Below, in pieces: positions 16,984 through 25,933 of a stretch of 64,000 nt of DNA; the stretch's first letter is position 1; every line of letters starts with the position of its first letter. Source of the stretch: Firmicutes bacterium UBA5509 (lineage in GTDB: Bacteria > Bacillota > Proteinivoracia > UBA4975); the NCBI GenBank assembly GCA_002423965.1, contig DIOR01000027.1, positions 117,958 through 181,957 of the forward strand. The letters run 5' to 3'. The position numbers and the translations under genes are program-made. The notes under the pieces were generated by a model that saw only the letters and a program-made list of their open reading frames with translations, searched no databases and was not told the origin of the DNA.

Positions 16984-17700
16984 TTAGATTAATACCCCTA
17001 CTATAAACCCCACCACCAAACCAATAGTAGCTAAGTAATGATGATAATTCCTGGCGTGGGGAATGAGCTCATCCCCAACAATATAGAACATCGCTCCTGC
17101 AGCAAAGCCAAGGGCCACCGCCACAAAACCGGGACTGGACTGAAAGGCGATACCGCCCACTGCAGCGCCCACCACAGTCATCAGACCGGCGCCAGCAGTA
17201 AGAGCCAACACCTTAAAGGGCTTCTCCCCTCCCAGGCGTAAAGGCACTGCCGTGGCCATCCCCTCAGGAACATTGTGAATACCAATGGCAAGTGCGATGG
17301 CAAGTCCCAGACTGGGATTAGCCACCATTCCCGCCCCTATAGCTAGACCTTCGGCTACATTATGTACCCCAATGCCAAGGAATATTAGGTACCCTACCTT
17401 TAACATTGCAACCTTGCCATCCTCACACCCGTTTGAAAAATGAATATGGGGAATCAGATGATCCAGCAAGTGCATAAATGAAGCGCCTAATAAAAAACCT
17501 AACAAGGAAGTGAAAGTGCCACCAATTTCTATTGCCTCAGGCATAAGCTCCATTGTTGCCACAGCTAACATTACACCACCTGCAAAACCTAACAAGGCAG
17601 ATATTAGTTTAGTGGTCGGCTTCCCTGCAATAAGCACTATGCCGGCGCCAAGGGCTGTCGCCAACCCTGCCACCGTACTATAAAATAAAATTTCTCCCAT
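16984..17700 (-). CDS. zupT: ZIP-family divalent metal transporter
   Basis: Two HNxxEG motifs (HNVAEGLAIG, HNVPEGMATA) in a protein of about 8 TM helices. RBS GGAGG 62 nt after the cbiO stop, so probably co-transcribed. Confidence 0.85.
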   Translation of the reverse strand: MGEILFYSTVAGLATALGAGIVLIAGKPTTKLISALLGFAGGVMLAVATMELMPEAIEIGGTFTSLLGFLLGASFMHLLDHLIPHIHFSNGCEDGKVAMLKVGYLIFLGIGVHNVAEGLAIGAGMVANPSLGLAIALAIGIHNVPEGMATAVPLRLGGEKPFKVLALTAGAGLMTVVGAAVGGIAFQSSPGFVAVALGFAAGAMFYIVGDELIPHARNYHHYLATIGLVVGFIVGVLI

Positions 17701-17762
17701 TCCTCAACCTCCTGCACCAGATTTCATCGAAGCCAGTGTAAACTAGCCTCACTAATTATACA

Positions 17763-18596
17763 CTAAAGTCCTGCTGCGGCAAGAATCTCAGAAGCTACTT
17801 TCTCCACATCTAAATCAGCGTGGATTTTCATACCACCCTGCTGAAGCAAATCCACCAGGCGAAACAAGTCCGGGGCCTGGAGGCCGGTTTGTTCAAATGC
17901 AACCCGTTGCTGAAAGACCTCAATTGGCTTGCCCTGGGTCACCACCTGGCCTGCATGGAGGACATAGACAGTATCCGCCAACAGAGCTACCGGATCCAAC
18001 TGATGGCTAGTGAAAACAATGGCCGTCTTGTCTTCCCTGCTGATAGATCGCAGCAGGCTAACCAAGGCTTTTACTGCCCCCATGTCTAGTTGGGAAAAAG
18101 GCTCATCTAGTACCAGCAATTCCGGTCCAGTCACCAAGGCACCGGCAAGGGCAACTTTCTTTACCTCGCCACCACTAAGGTAGTGAGGGACTTTTCCTTT
18201 GAGGTGGCTAATTCCCAACCGCTGCAAAATTACTTCCACTTTTTTTTCCAGCTCCTGAGAACTTAACTTCAGGTGCCCCATGCCAAAGGCAATATCCTCC
18301 TCTACCGTTGGCCCAATTATCTGCTCTGCAGGATTTTGAAACACCACTCCCAAACGAGTGCGAACTCTTTCAAAATCCTCATAAGGATCCAGGCCAAAGA
18401 CACGGACACTGCCATCTACCGGCCGCAACATGCCTGTAATATGCTGCAGTAATGTAGTCTTGCCGGCCCCATTGGCGGCCAGCACGGCCACAATCTCTCC
18501 GGGCTGAATCTCCAGCTCTAGGCCACAGAGGGAAACCTCTGTACGGTCTGGATAAACATGGCGCAGGCATTTAACATCTACAAGAGGTTCATGCAT
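17763..18596 (-). CDS. cbiO: ECF-type cobalt/nickel transporter ATPase component
   Basis: Walker A ANGAGKTT, signature LSGGEVKKVALAGAL and Walker B LVLDEP. Confidence 0.85.
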   Translation of the reverse strand: MHEPLVDVKCLRHVYPDRTEVSLCGLELEIQPGEIVAVLAANGAGKTTLLQHITGMLRPVDGSVRVFGLDPYEDFERVRTRLGVVFQNPAEQIIGPTVEEDIAFGMGHLKLSSQELEKKVEVILQRLGISHLKGKVPHYLSGGEVKKVALAGALVTGPELLVLDEPFSQLDMGAVKALVSLLRSISREDKTAIVFTSHQLDPVALLADTVYVLHAGQVVTQGKPIEVFQQRVAFEQTGLQAPDLFRLVDLLQQGGMKIHADLDVEKVASEILAAAGL

Positions 18597-19281
18597 AATA
18601 CCACCCCACTCCTATACAGATTAGTGCTGCCAATAAGGTCAAATCCCAGGTGCGTAAATGCCAGTCACGGCTAATTCTAAGCCCTTGGCCCAGGCCCCTT
18701 AATCTAAGCAAATCATATTGCCGCCCCGCCATATCCCAGGCTCTCACCAAAGTCATGCCATACACCTGGGCCATTGCCCTGACCCGGGACAGGCTGAACC
18801 TTTCTTTCCCCCGGCGCAATCTAAGGGCTGCCAGGGTGTTATTTAGACTCTCCAGCAACAAAAAGAAAGAGCGGTATGTAAAATACATCAGCTCGCCAAA
18901 GACCTCGGGCATTGGCGCAGAAATCAGGCCAAGGATGCGAACTGGTGCAGTGGTCATAAACACCATCACCACTGTCAAGGCTGCCGTGGCTGCTCTCCCT
19001 AGGACTAATAGCCCCACACTCCAATCCCTAAGGCTGATAGCGAAGACGCTGGCAAAAAACACAGGAACAAGGACAAGAGGCAAGAAGACCCCTAGGGCAA
19101 GACGATTGGTCAGGGCCAGCCCCACCATGAAGATCATCAGGCCGACAAGGAAGGTCAATGACCTAGTGGTCAGGAGAAAAGCCAGGGCCCCAAGTACAAA
19201 GAGAGCCTTGGCCAAAGGAGAACACCGCTGTAACCAGCAGCGGTGATTGACAGCTAGATTATCCATTGTCGCTAAATTCAA
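18589..19281 (-). CDS. cbiQ: ECF transporter transmembrane (T) component CbiQ
   Basis: 230-aa membrane protein overlapping the cbiO start by 8 nt and the cbiM stop by 4 nt. Position and size fit CbiQ/EcfT. Confidence 0.75.
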   Translation of the reverse strand: MNLATMDNLAVNHRCWLQRCSPLAKALFVLGALAFLLTTRSLTFLVGLMIFMVGLALTNRLALGVFLPLVLVPVFFASVFAISLRDWSVGLLVLGRAATAALTVVMVFMTTAPVRILGLISAPMPEVFGELMYFTYRSFFLLLESLNNTLAALRLRRGKERFSLSRVRAMAQVYGMTLVRAWDMAGRQYDLLRLRGLGQGLRISRDWHLRTWDLTLLAALICIGVGWYYA

Positions 19282-20006
19282 GAACCATCACCTCTTAGAA
19301 ACCAGCCTCCCCTGACTTTATTAATATATCCGGCCACCAACATAGAGACAGTCAGTTCCACCGCCACCCACACTGCTACCAGAGGAGCAAAAAAAATAAT
19401 AAAAGTCTTCAAGAAATTGGACTCATGTTTACCATTGTCTACATCGTCCTCGTGTTCATGAGCAGACAGGGTCCCTAATTCCACCCCTGCCACTCCCGCC
19501 ACAGCAACTACCAAGAGAGAGGAAACCATTAGGGCAACCAAGACAGCCACAGCCACATTGGGTAAAAGGCGCCTGGCACCTCCCAAGCCATAAAACAGTA
19601 ATCCCGCCACCAGTGCCTCGCTGCCCACTAACAAAGAATTGATGCCCAGCACCGTCAAACCCCCGTGACCCAACAAGGCTGTAAAAATATTTACAATTAA
19701 CATGGCTAAAAACCCATTGAGGGGTCCCAGGATTATCCCTGCCAAGGCGGCCAAATTGACATGAATAGGCAAGCCCAAGGGGATATTCATTGCCGCTAGT
19801 CCCACAGCAGCCATTATTGCAACGCCAGGCAAAAGGCGGCGCTGGTTCCTAAGCCTAGCCAAAGCCCATAGGGTCAGTAACAAAGAGCAGACCAAACCAC
19901 CTACCCATAACCACCAGGGCAATACTCCATCGCTCATATGCATATGGCTCACAAATATTCCTCCTGAATAAATACTGAAAAACTGCAGGACTAGACAGAT
20001 TGACAA
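19278..20006 (-). CDS. cbiM: ECF cobalt/nickel substrate-capture component CbiM/NikM (true start probably about 19943 at MHMSDG)
   Basis: The internal MHMSDGVLP matches the CbiM N-terminal metal-ligating MH..G.LP motif. IHVNLAALAGIILGP is the conserved CbiM motif. His-rich HEHEDD loop. AGGAGG upstream of the internal start. Confidence 0.8.
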   Translation of the reverse strand: MSICLVLQFFSIYSGGIFVSHMHMSDGVLPWWLWVGGLVCSLLLTLWALARLRNQRRLLPGVAIMAAVGLAAMNIPLGLPIHVNLAALAGIILGPLNGFLAMLIVNIFTALLGHGGLTVLGINSLLVGSEALVAGLLFYGLGGARRLLPNVAVAVLVALMVSSLLVVAVAGVAGVELGTLSAHEHEDDVDNGKHESNFLKTFIIFFAPLVAVWVAVELTVSMLVAGYINKVRGGWFLRGDGS

Positions 20007-20413
20007 TCCTTGCAGATCCCCATTATCTCAAATTGATGGTCAAGAACCTTAAACTGCGCTCGCTGTAATTCCTCTTCCAGTAAGTCCATAGGGCATCCTC
20101 TTAAGGAGAACCTTGATCCGCATTCCCTGCATACCAGATGATGGTGGTGTAAATTGTTATCAGCGGCTTCATACCAGCTCTTCCCCTGATTAAAATGGGT
20201 TTTTCGCACCATTCCTGCTTCCACCAAAATGTCTAAAGTGCGATAAATAGTAGGATAGCTTATGCTGCTGTCTATTTCTCTGCATTTGTCATAAATGTCT
20301 TCAGCACTTTGGAGGCAGGGATCAGCAAGAAAAACTCCCAGGACCAGCCGGCGTTGCTGGGTAATCCTGTACCCAAGGGCACTGAGCTTGGCTAAGTCTC
20401 GCTTACTCTCCAT
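19991..20413 (-). CDS. Fur-family metalloregulator (Fur/Zur/Nur-like)
   Basis: Winged-helix N-terminus followed by HHHLVCRECG ... CKDCQ, the two CxxC pairs of the structural Zn site. 140 aa. Confidence 0.85.
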   Translation of the reverse strand: MESKRDLAKLSALGYRITQQRRLVLGVFLADPCLQSAEDIYDKCREIDSSISYPTIYRTLDILVEAGMVRKTHFNQGKSWYEAADNNLHHHHLVCRECGSRFSLRGCPMDLLEEELQRAQFKVLDHQFEIMGICKDCQSV

Positions 20414-20419
20414 TTACTT

Positions 20420-20442
20420 ACACCTTCTTGTAAGTGATTATC
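20420..20442. promoter_or_regulatory. Fur-box-like operator overlapping promoter of fur-cbiMQO-zupT operon
   Basis: On the minus strand AAATGATAATCACTTAC contains ATGATAATCA, an 11 of 12 match to the TGATAATCATT core of the Fur box. It lies directly upstream of the regulator RBS. Confidence 0.4.
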
Positions 20443-20640
20443 ATTTACTTATAGTATAGACTGTTTTTCTCCCTATGTCTAATGTCTACTGTAAAAAATC
20501 CAATCCCCTTCCTTAGTAGCAGTATATAAAGGACCTAAATCCTCGGATTGCCTATAATGAGTAGCTGCTTTTTTATTGTAGAATCCTAGGGCGGCCTCTG
20601 GTATACTTGGACTACAGCATAATGAGGAGGGAAAAATCTC

Positions 20641-21684
20641 ATGGAAAGGTTTTGGCCATATATTAAAGAAGCCTTGCTGGATATCTTGGCCATCCCCAGT
20701 CCCAGCGGCTATACATACCAGGCCAATGGGTACCTTAGTCAAGAGCTAGAGGCAATGGAAATTAGCTATTCCACTTCTGCCAAAGGCGCCATCATCGCCA
20801 CAATTCCTGGCAAGGACACTGAAAACCGGCGCATAATCAGCGCCCATATCGATACTTTGGGAGGAATGGTCAAAGAAATAAAGACCAATGGCATGCTGCA
20901 ACTGACCAATGTTGGCGGCTTGGGCTGGGCCAATGTCGAAGGGGAAAACTGCACCATTATCACATCTTCCGGAAAAGATTATACCGGAACCCTTCTGCTT
21001 AACAAAGCTTCTGTCCACGTCCATGGTGACGAAACCGCCACCTGTCAACGCAAAGCCAGCACCATGCAGGTGCGGCTAGATGAAAAGGTCGATTCCGATG
21101 AAAGCACCCGCAACCTTGGCATTGAAGTAGGAGATTTTGTCGTCTTTGACCCCCGTACAACTGCTACAGAATCCGGTTTTATTAAATCTCGCCACCTAGA
21201 CGACAAGGCAGGAGTAGCTGTAATCCTTGGGGTCCTCAAGGCCATTAAACAAGAGGAACTGGAGCTTCCCTGTACAACTCATTTTTACTTCAGCAACTTT
21301 GAGGAAGTCGGCCATGGAGCCAGTGCTGGCATCCCAGCTGGTGTCAAGGAAATGCTCTGCATCGACATGGGCGCACCGGGAGAAGGTCAGCAATCCGATG
21401 AGTTCAGCGTCTCTATTTGTGCAAAGGATTCCACCGGCCCCTATAGCTGGTCCATGAAGGAGAGACTTATCGCCCTGTGCAAGGATAATAACATCCCCTA
21501 TCGGGTGGACATATATCCCTACTACGGATCCGACGCCTCAGCATCTTTACGGGCTGGCCATGATTTGGTCACCGGTCTCATCGGCCCCGGCGTCGACGCC
21601 TCCCACTCCTACGAACGCACCCATAAAGACAGCATCATGGCTACTGCCAAGCTCACCTTAGCCTATATTAAGAGCGAAATCTAA
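20641..21684 (+). CDS. M42-family metallo-aminopeptidase (FrvX/YsdC-like)
   Basis: 347 aa. N-terminal LLDILAIPSPSGY and ISAHIDTLG fit the M42 glutamyl-aminopeptidase / endoglucanase-M fold. Confidence 0.8.
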   Translation: MERFWPYIKEALLDILAIPSPSGYTYQANGYLSQELEAMEISYSTSAKGAIIATIPGKDTENRRIISAHIDTLGGMVKEIKTNGMLQLTNVGGLGWANVEGENCTIITSSGKDYTGTLLLNKASVHVHGDETATCQRKASTMQVRLDEKVDSDESTRNLGIEVGDFVVFDPRTTATESGFIKSRHLDDKAGVAVILGVLKAIKQEELELPCTTHFYFSNFEEVGHGASAGIPAGVKEMLCIDMGAPGEGQQSDEFSVSICAKDSTGPYSWSMKERLIALCKDNNIPYRVDIYPYYGSDASASLRAGHDLVTGLIGPGVDASHSYERTHKDSIMATAKLTLAYIKSEI

Positions 21685-21718
21685 AATGTGGCACTGGGGA
21701 ATACCCAGTGCCACATTA

Positions 21719-21865
21719 CTATTTCTTGTCCAAAACAGCCAGTAAACTCACTGCGCCGTAGATTATTCCGATGACCAGGAAGATAGTCAGCATTCCCAGC
21801 CCCATTACCTTCAGGGAGCTAAGGAAATTGAGATAGGCAGTGCTCCAACTGTATTCAGCAAACAT
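21719..21865 (-). CDS. small single-TM protein, possible Na+-decarboxylase gamma-like subunit (internal start of the listed 83-aa ORF)
   Basis: Starting at the internal Met gives MFAEYSWSTAYLNFLSSLKVMGLGMLTIFLVIGIIYGAV, 48 aa with a GGAG RBS. It follows oadB by about 20 nt. The longer ORF would overlap oadB by 86 nt. Confidence 0.35.
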   Translation of the reverse strand: MFAEYSWSTAYLNFLSSLKVMGLGMLTIFLVIGIIYGAVSLLAVLDKK

Positions 21866-21884
21866 ATTATCTCCATCCTTCTTT

Positions 21885-23036
21885 CTAAAATAAGATAGGC
21901 ACCAAAGCCAAAATAATACCACCGGCCACCACAGAGGCAATCTGGCCAGCCACATTGGCGCCGACAGCATGCATTAAGAGATGGTTTTGATCGTTGGCTT
22001 CTAAGCCCATCTTCTGCACCACCCGAGCCGACATGGGAAAGGCGGAAATCCCAGCAGCACCAACCATGGGATTGATCTTGTTTTTCTCCTTCAGGAAGAG
22101 ATTGAGGAACTTGGCGAACATAACTCCGCTGATACTGTCAAAGACAAAGGCAAATAGACCTAGTAGCATAATGAGCAAGGTTTCCAAAGTGAGGAAGTCA
22201 GCAGCCTGCATCTTAAAGGCAATAGTAATACCCAGGAAAAGGGTAACTAAGTTGGCTAGCACGTTCTGGGCTGTCTTAGAAAGGGTTTCTAGTTTGCCAC
22301 ATTCTCGAATAAGATTGCCAAACATTAAGAATCCAACCAAGGCCACTGAAGCTGGGGCTGCTAGTCCTGCAACAATGGTAACGATTATTGGGAACAAGAT
22401 TCGTGTTGTCCGGGAGACACCCTTTGGGTTGTACTCCATCTCCATAGCCCTTTCCTTCTTGGTAGTAACCAGTTTGATGGCAAAGGGCTGGATTATGGGG
22501 ACCAGGGCCATATAAGAATACGCCGCCACAGCAATGGCCGAAAAATAATTGCTTTTAAATATATTGGCCACTAGGATGGCGGTAGGTCCGTCAGCAGCAC
22601 CAATAATGGCAATAGAAGCCGCATCCTTCAACTCAAAACCCATTAATGACGCCACAGAAAAGGTAAGGAAAATGCCAAATTGAGCTGCCGCGCCAAAGAG
22701 TAACATCCGGGGGTTGGAAAGCAAGGGACCAAAATCAATCATAGCGCCAATACCAATAAAGAGGAATAGAGGCAGTGCCTCGGAGGCTTCAATCCCAACA
22801 CTATATATCCAGGCAATGATGCCAGTGGTCTCCCCGATTCCAGGCATCACCTGATTAAGGACGCCAGATAAGGGCAAGTTAACCAGTATAGCCCCGAAGC
22901 CCATCGGCAGCAATAAAGAGGGTTCCATATCCTTCTTAATTGCCAGATAAATAAGTAGCCCCCCCAGTAGCATCATAATTACCTGAGGCAGGGTAATAGA
23001 AGTAATACCACTGATTAGTACATCCACATTCATCAT
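21885..23036 (-). CDS. sodium ion-translocating decarboxylase beta subunit (OadB/GcdB/MmdB family)
   Basis: 383-aa polytopic membrane protein with MMNVDVLISGITSITLPQVIMMLLGGLLIYLAIKKDMEP typical of the Na+-pump decarboxylase beta chain. No alpha or biotin-carrier subunit genes are adjacent. Confidence 0.8.
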   Translation of the reverse strand: MMNVDVLISGITSITLPQVIMMLLGGLLIYLAIKKDMEPSLLLPMGFGAILVNLPLSGVLNQVMPGIGETTGIIAWIYSVGIEASEALPLFLFIGIGAMIDFGPLLSNPRMLLFGAAAQFGIFLTFSVASLMGFELKDAASIAIIGAADGPTAILVANIFKSNYFSAIAVAAYSYMALVPIIQPFAIKLVTTKKERAMEMEYNPKGVSRTTRILFPIIVTIVAGLAAPASVALVGFLMFGNLIRECGKLETLSKTAQNVLANLVTLFLGITIAFKMQAADFLTLETLLIMLLGLFAFVFDSISGVMFAKFLNLFLKEKNKINPMVGAAGISAFPMSARVVQKMGLEANDQNHLLMHAVGANVAGQIASVVAGGIILALVPILF

Positions 23037-23169
23037 CCTTTGTAACTATTATAAAAAGAGAGTATAAGATTGCATAGACCTAGAGAAATATTATCACATC
23101 TTGGACAGGCCTGCCACTTCTTTTCCCTCCCAGGGGCAATAGTCCAAAACCACAGCATGCCTTTTTTGG

Positions 23170-23202
23170 CACTACAAAAGCGGGGTCGAAACCCCGCTTT
23201 GT
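23170..23202. terminator. rho-independent terminator downstream of subtilase gene
   Basis: AAAGCGGGGTTTCGACCCCGCTTT hairpin with T-runs on both strands. Confidence 0.55.
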
Positions 23203-23226
23203 ATTTGTCCCCAATGTTTTTTGATC

Positions 23227-25614
23227 CTACGGGACGATTACTTCATCCAGTATCCAGCCCTCGGTCCTGTCACCCTTGTAGACAAAGGCTACCATGTAGT
23301 AAGTTCCTGAAGGCAATGGTTGACCGGAGGCAGTTTTATCCCAGTAGTACTCCACATACCCCGCGGGGACATCATAATCGGCAATTAGTTCAGCCACTGG
23401 CTGGACATTGAGAGTGTACAGATCCAAAAATACTGCATCGGCACCACCTGGAAGATATAGCTCAACCAGGTATTGGTCTCCTAAATCCGCTAGACCTGCC
23501 CCTCCAAGCAAGGGATAATCAGGGTCCCCCACAAAGAGAATAGCTGGCACCCGTATTTCCTCGTTACCTCCCCGGAGTGTAATTTCTCCCTCGTAATAAC
23601 CGGGGGCAAGAGCCGAGGCATTCACTTGCACATTCATTTTAACTTGCTGAGATTTCCTTGGGCCTACATTGAGGTTATTACTGTGGGTAACCTTTATGCC
23701 GGCAGGGAAATCGATATCTATGGTGTACCTAATCTTTTTGTTGGAGAGATTCTTAACTGTAAACCTGAATTGCTCATCTTGCTTGCCCTTGGCCTTGTTA
23801 AAGACTCCAAAAGAGTAACTTCCAGGTGTTACAAGAGTCTTTGTCTCAATGGCCTTATCCACCCTGATGCTACCAGCACCCTGAGTGTTATGAGGATAAG
23901 AATCCCCGGTATAGGGGTCAGTCAGTTCAACAGCGGTATTCATCAGGGCAGCTTTAATATCTTCTACACTCCAATTGGGATGAGCTTGACGCAAAAGAGC
24001 GGAGGCTCCTGCAACATGGGGTGAAGACATGCTGGTTCCTTGGTAAATGGCATACCCATGGGGTGCGGCGGGGTTGTGGGTAGGCACCGTACTGATGATA
24101 TCGACGCCGGGAGCACAGACATCGGGCTTAATCATCCAAGTAGCCACTACGGGTCCCCGGGAAGAAAAGTCAGCGACGCTTTCCATGAAACCGAGATGAT
24201 CAATATCAAAGGTCACCACGTTGTTGCCGGCAACCATTTCCCCATACATTGCCACCCCATCCAAGCCAGACATCTTGAAGGTGGGAATGATCATGCCGCC
24301 AACGGTGGAACCCATATCACCGGCCTCGTTATTAAAGATAATTGCTGCAACTGCACCTGCGTCAGCAGCGTTGGCTGCCTTGTCTAAGAAAGCATGGGTT
24401 CCTCTTTGGATTAAGGCAACTTTGCCGGTCAAGTCCAGGCCGACAAAATCCTCTACGCCCCCAAGGCCTACGTAGACAAACTTATACCCATTGCCATCCA
24501 AGGCATTTACATCTTTGGGGTTAGTATAGCCCATTACGTCAAAACTGCTGTATACCATCCCTTCAGAGGTAAAAATATCTGCGGCGAAGAAATCCTGGGG
24601 CAATGCAGTGGCACCCACGGAAATCGCCGTCCGAGAGGTTCCTGGTGAGCCCACAGTCCAATTGTCCGGACCAGAGTTTCCGCTGGAGGTAACTGCCACC
24701 ACTCCTTCTGCCATGGCCCAATCCAAGGCAATGCTGGTGGCCCAGTCGGGGTCATTGATGGAATTCCCCAGAGATAGGTTCATGACATCTGCACCATCTA
24801 ATACTGCCCTTTCAATTCCAGCTACCACATCAGTGGTAGAACCACTACCACCAGGACCCAGTACCCGGTAGGCCAACAACTGAGCATTGGGAGCAATCCC
24901 CTTAATCAAGCCATTGGCAGCGATTGTCCCTGACACATGGGTACCATGAGCGGTCTCCCCTTCGGGGATAATTCCCGGAGGTGTTTCCTGGGGATAGGCA
25001 TCATTGTCCACGAAGTCCCAGCCCTTATAGTCCCCAAAGGCGTGGACAAGATCGGGATGGGTATAATCGCAGCCGGTATCAATAACCGCTACTGTAATCC
25101 CCTCACCAGTGAAGCCCAGTTCATCCCAGGCCCGCTCTGCTCCAATATATGGAGCTGAGTAAATCATCGTTGGGGCTTCGATGAAATCCATCTGCTCCCC
25201 AGTGACAGTGTATTCAACGTTGGGATACACAGCTTTTACTCCTGGGACTGCCAGCAGAGCCGGAATCATATTCTCCCGGATATCCAGGGACATGCCGGAA
25301 AATACGTGAGAGTAATTCCTGTTTACCTCTACATCAGTCACGGCCTTTATTGCCTTGACTACTTTATCCCTTTCCGCCTTCAGCTTACCAGCACTCTGGT
25401 TAACCCCAGAATGCTTTCCTTCTACAACTGACACTGCATCTAGCTCAACTATTACAGTGACATCCTCCTCCGAGGAAAAGTCAAACTTGCCATATAGAGT
25501 AGCAAGCTTAAGGGGATCATCAGGCCGAGCTACAGCTCCAATACCCACCACAGAAAACACCAACATTAACGCCACAAATAGAGCCAGAGACCTAACTAAC
25601 CTTTTTGTTTCCAA
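23227..25614 (-). CDS. secreted S8-family subtilisin-like serine protease with PA domain (TTG start)
   Basis: Signal peptide. Catalytic triad motifs DTGCDYTHPDL (Asp), HGTHVSGTIAANG (His) and GTSMSSPHVAGASALL (Ser). The insert between His and Ser is PA-like. Long C-terminal beta-rich domain. Confidence 0.9.
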   Translation of the reverse strand: METKRLVRSLALFVALMLVFSVVGIGAVARPDDPLKLATLYGKFDFSSEEDVTVIVELDAVSVVEGKHSGVNQSAGKLKAERDKVVKAIKAVTDVEVNRNYSHVFSGMSLDIRENMIPALLAVPGVKAVYPNVEYTVTGEQMDFIEAPTMIYSAPYIGAERAWDELGFTGEGITVAVIDTGCDYTHPDLVHAFGDYKGWDFVDNDAYPQETPPGIIPEGETAHGTHVSGTIAANGLIKGIAPNAQLLAYRVLGPGGSGSTTDVVAGIERAVLDGADVMNLSLGNSINDPDWATSIALDWAMAEGVVAVTSSGNSGPDNWTVGSPGTSRTAISVGATALPQDFFAADIFTSEGMVYSSFDVMGYTNPKDVNALDGNGYKFVYVGLGGVEDFVGLDLTGKVALIQRGTHAFLDKAANAADAGAVAAIIFNNEAGDMGSTVGGMIIPTFKMSGLDGVAMYGEMVAGNNVVTFDIDHLGFMESVADFSSRGPVVATWMIKPDVCAPGVDIISTVPTHNPAAPHGYAIYQGTSMSSPHVAGASALLRQAHPNWSVEDIKAALMNTAVELTDPYTGDSYPHNTQGAGSIRVDKAIETKTLVTPGSYSFGVFNKAKGKQDEQFRFTVKNLSNKKIRYTIDIDFPAGIKVTHSNNLNVGPRKSQQVKMNVQVNASALAPGYYEGEITLRGGNEEIRVPAILFVGDPDYPLLGGAGLADLGDQYLVELYLPGGADAVFLDLYTLNVQPVAELIADYDVPAGYVEYYWDKTASGQPLPSGTYYMVAFVYKGDRTEGWILDEVIVP

Positions 25615-25933
25615 GCTTTTTTACCACCTTTCATATGTTTTTTGGAAAACCCCTTTACACCTACTTGCATCCCCCCAATGACAAATTTCTAGGTTGGACA
25701 CTTGTACATACTCCTACTTCGTAAAAATAATGACTTTTTCCGTATGAAGATACAAAAATAGATGCGCTCGACGGATAAATGAATTAAGTCGTGGAACACA
25801 TCTATTAAATAAACGGAGCTCTTCCCCAAAGGGAGTGCTTAAATACTATCATATATTATTCGCGGAAAGTTGACGATTCCTGTCCATAGAGTTTTGCTTT
25901 TCTCAACTTTTTGCGACATTTTCCGGGAAATAA

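Noticed and set aside
19944-20006. 21-residue N-terminal extension on CbiM
   Set aside because: CbiM/NikM need a free N-terminal Met-His for metal coordination and the sequence MHMSDGVLP sits internally. I kept the track coordinates but flagged the likely internal start. A cleavable leader is an alternative, so this is not fully rejected.
21866-21970. N-terminal 35 codons of the listed 83-aa ORF (21719..21970)
   Set aside because: This would overlap the oadB coding end by 86 nt. An internal Met with a GGAG RBS just after the oadB stop gives a more plausible 48-aa product.
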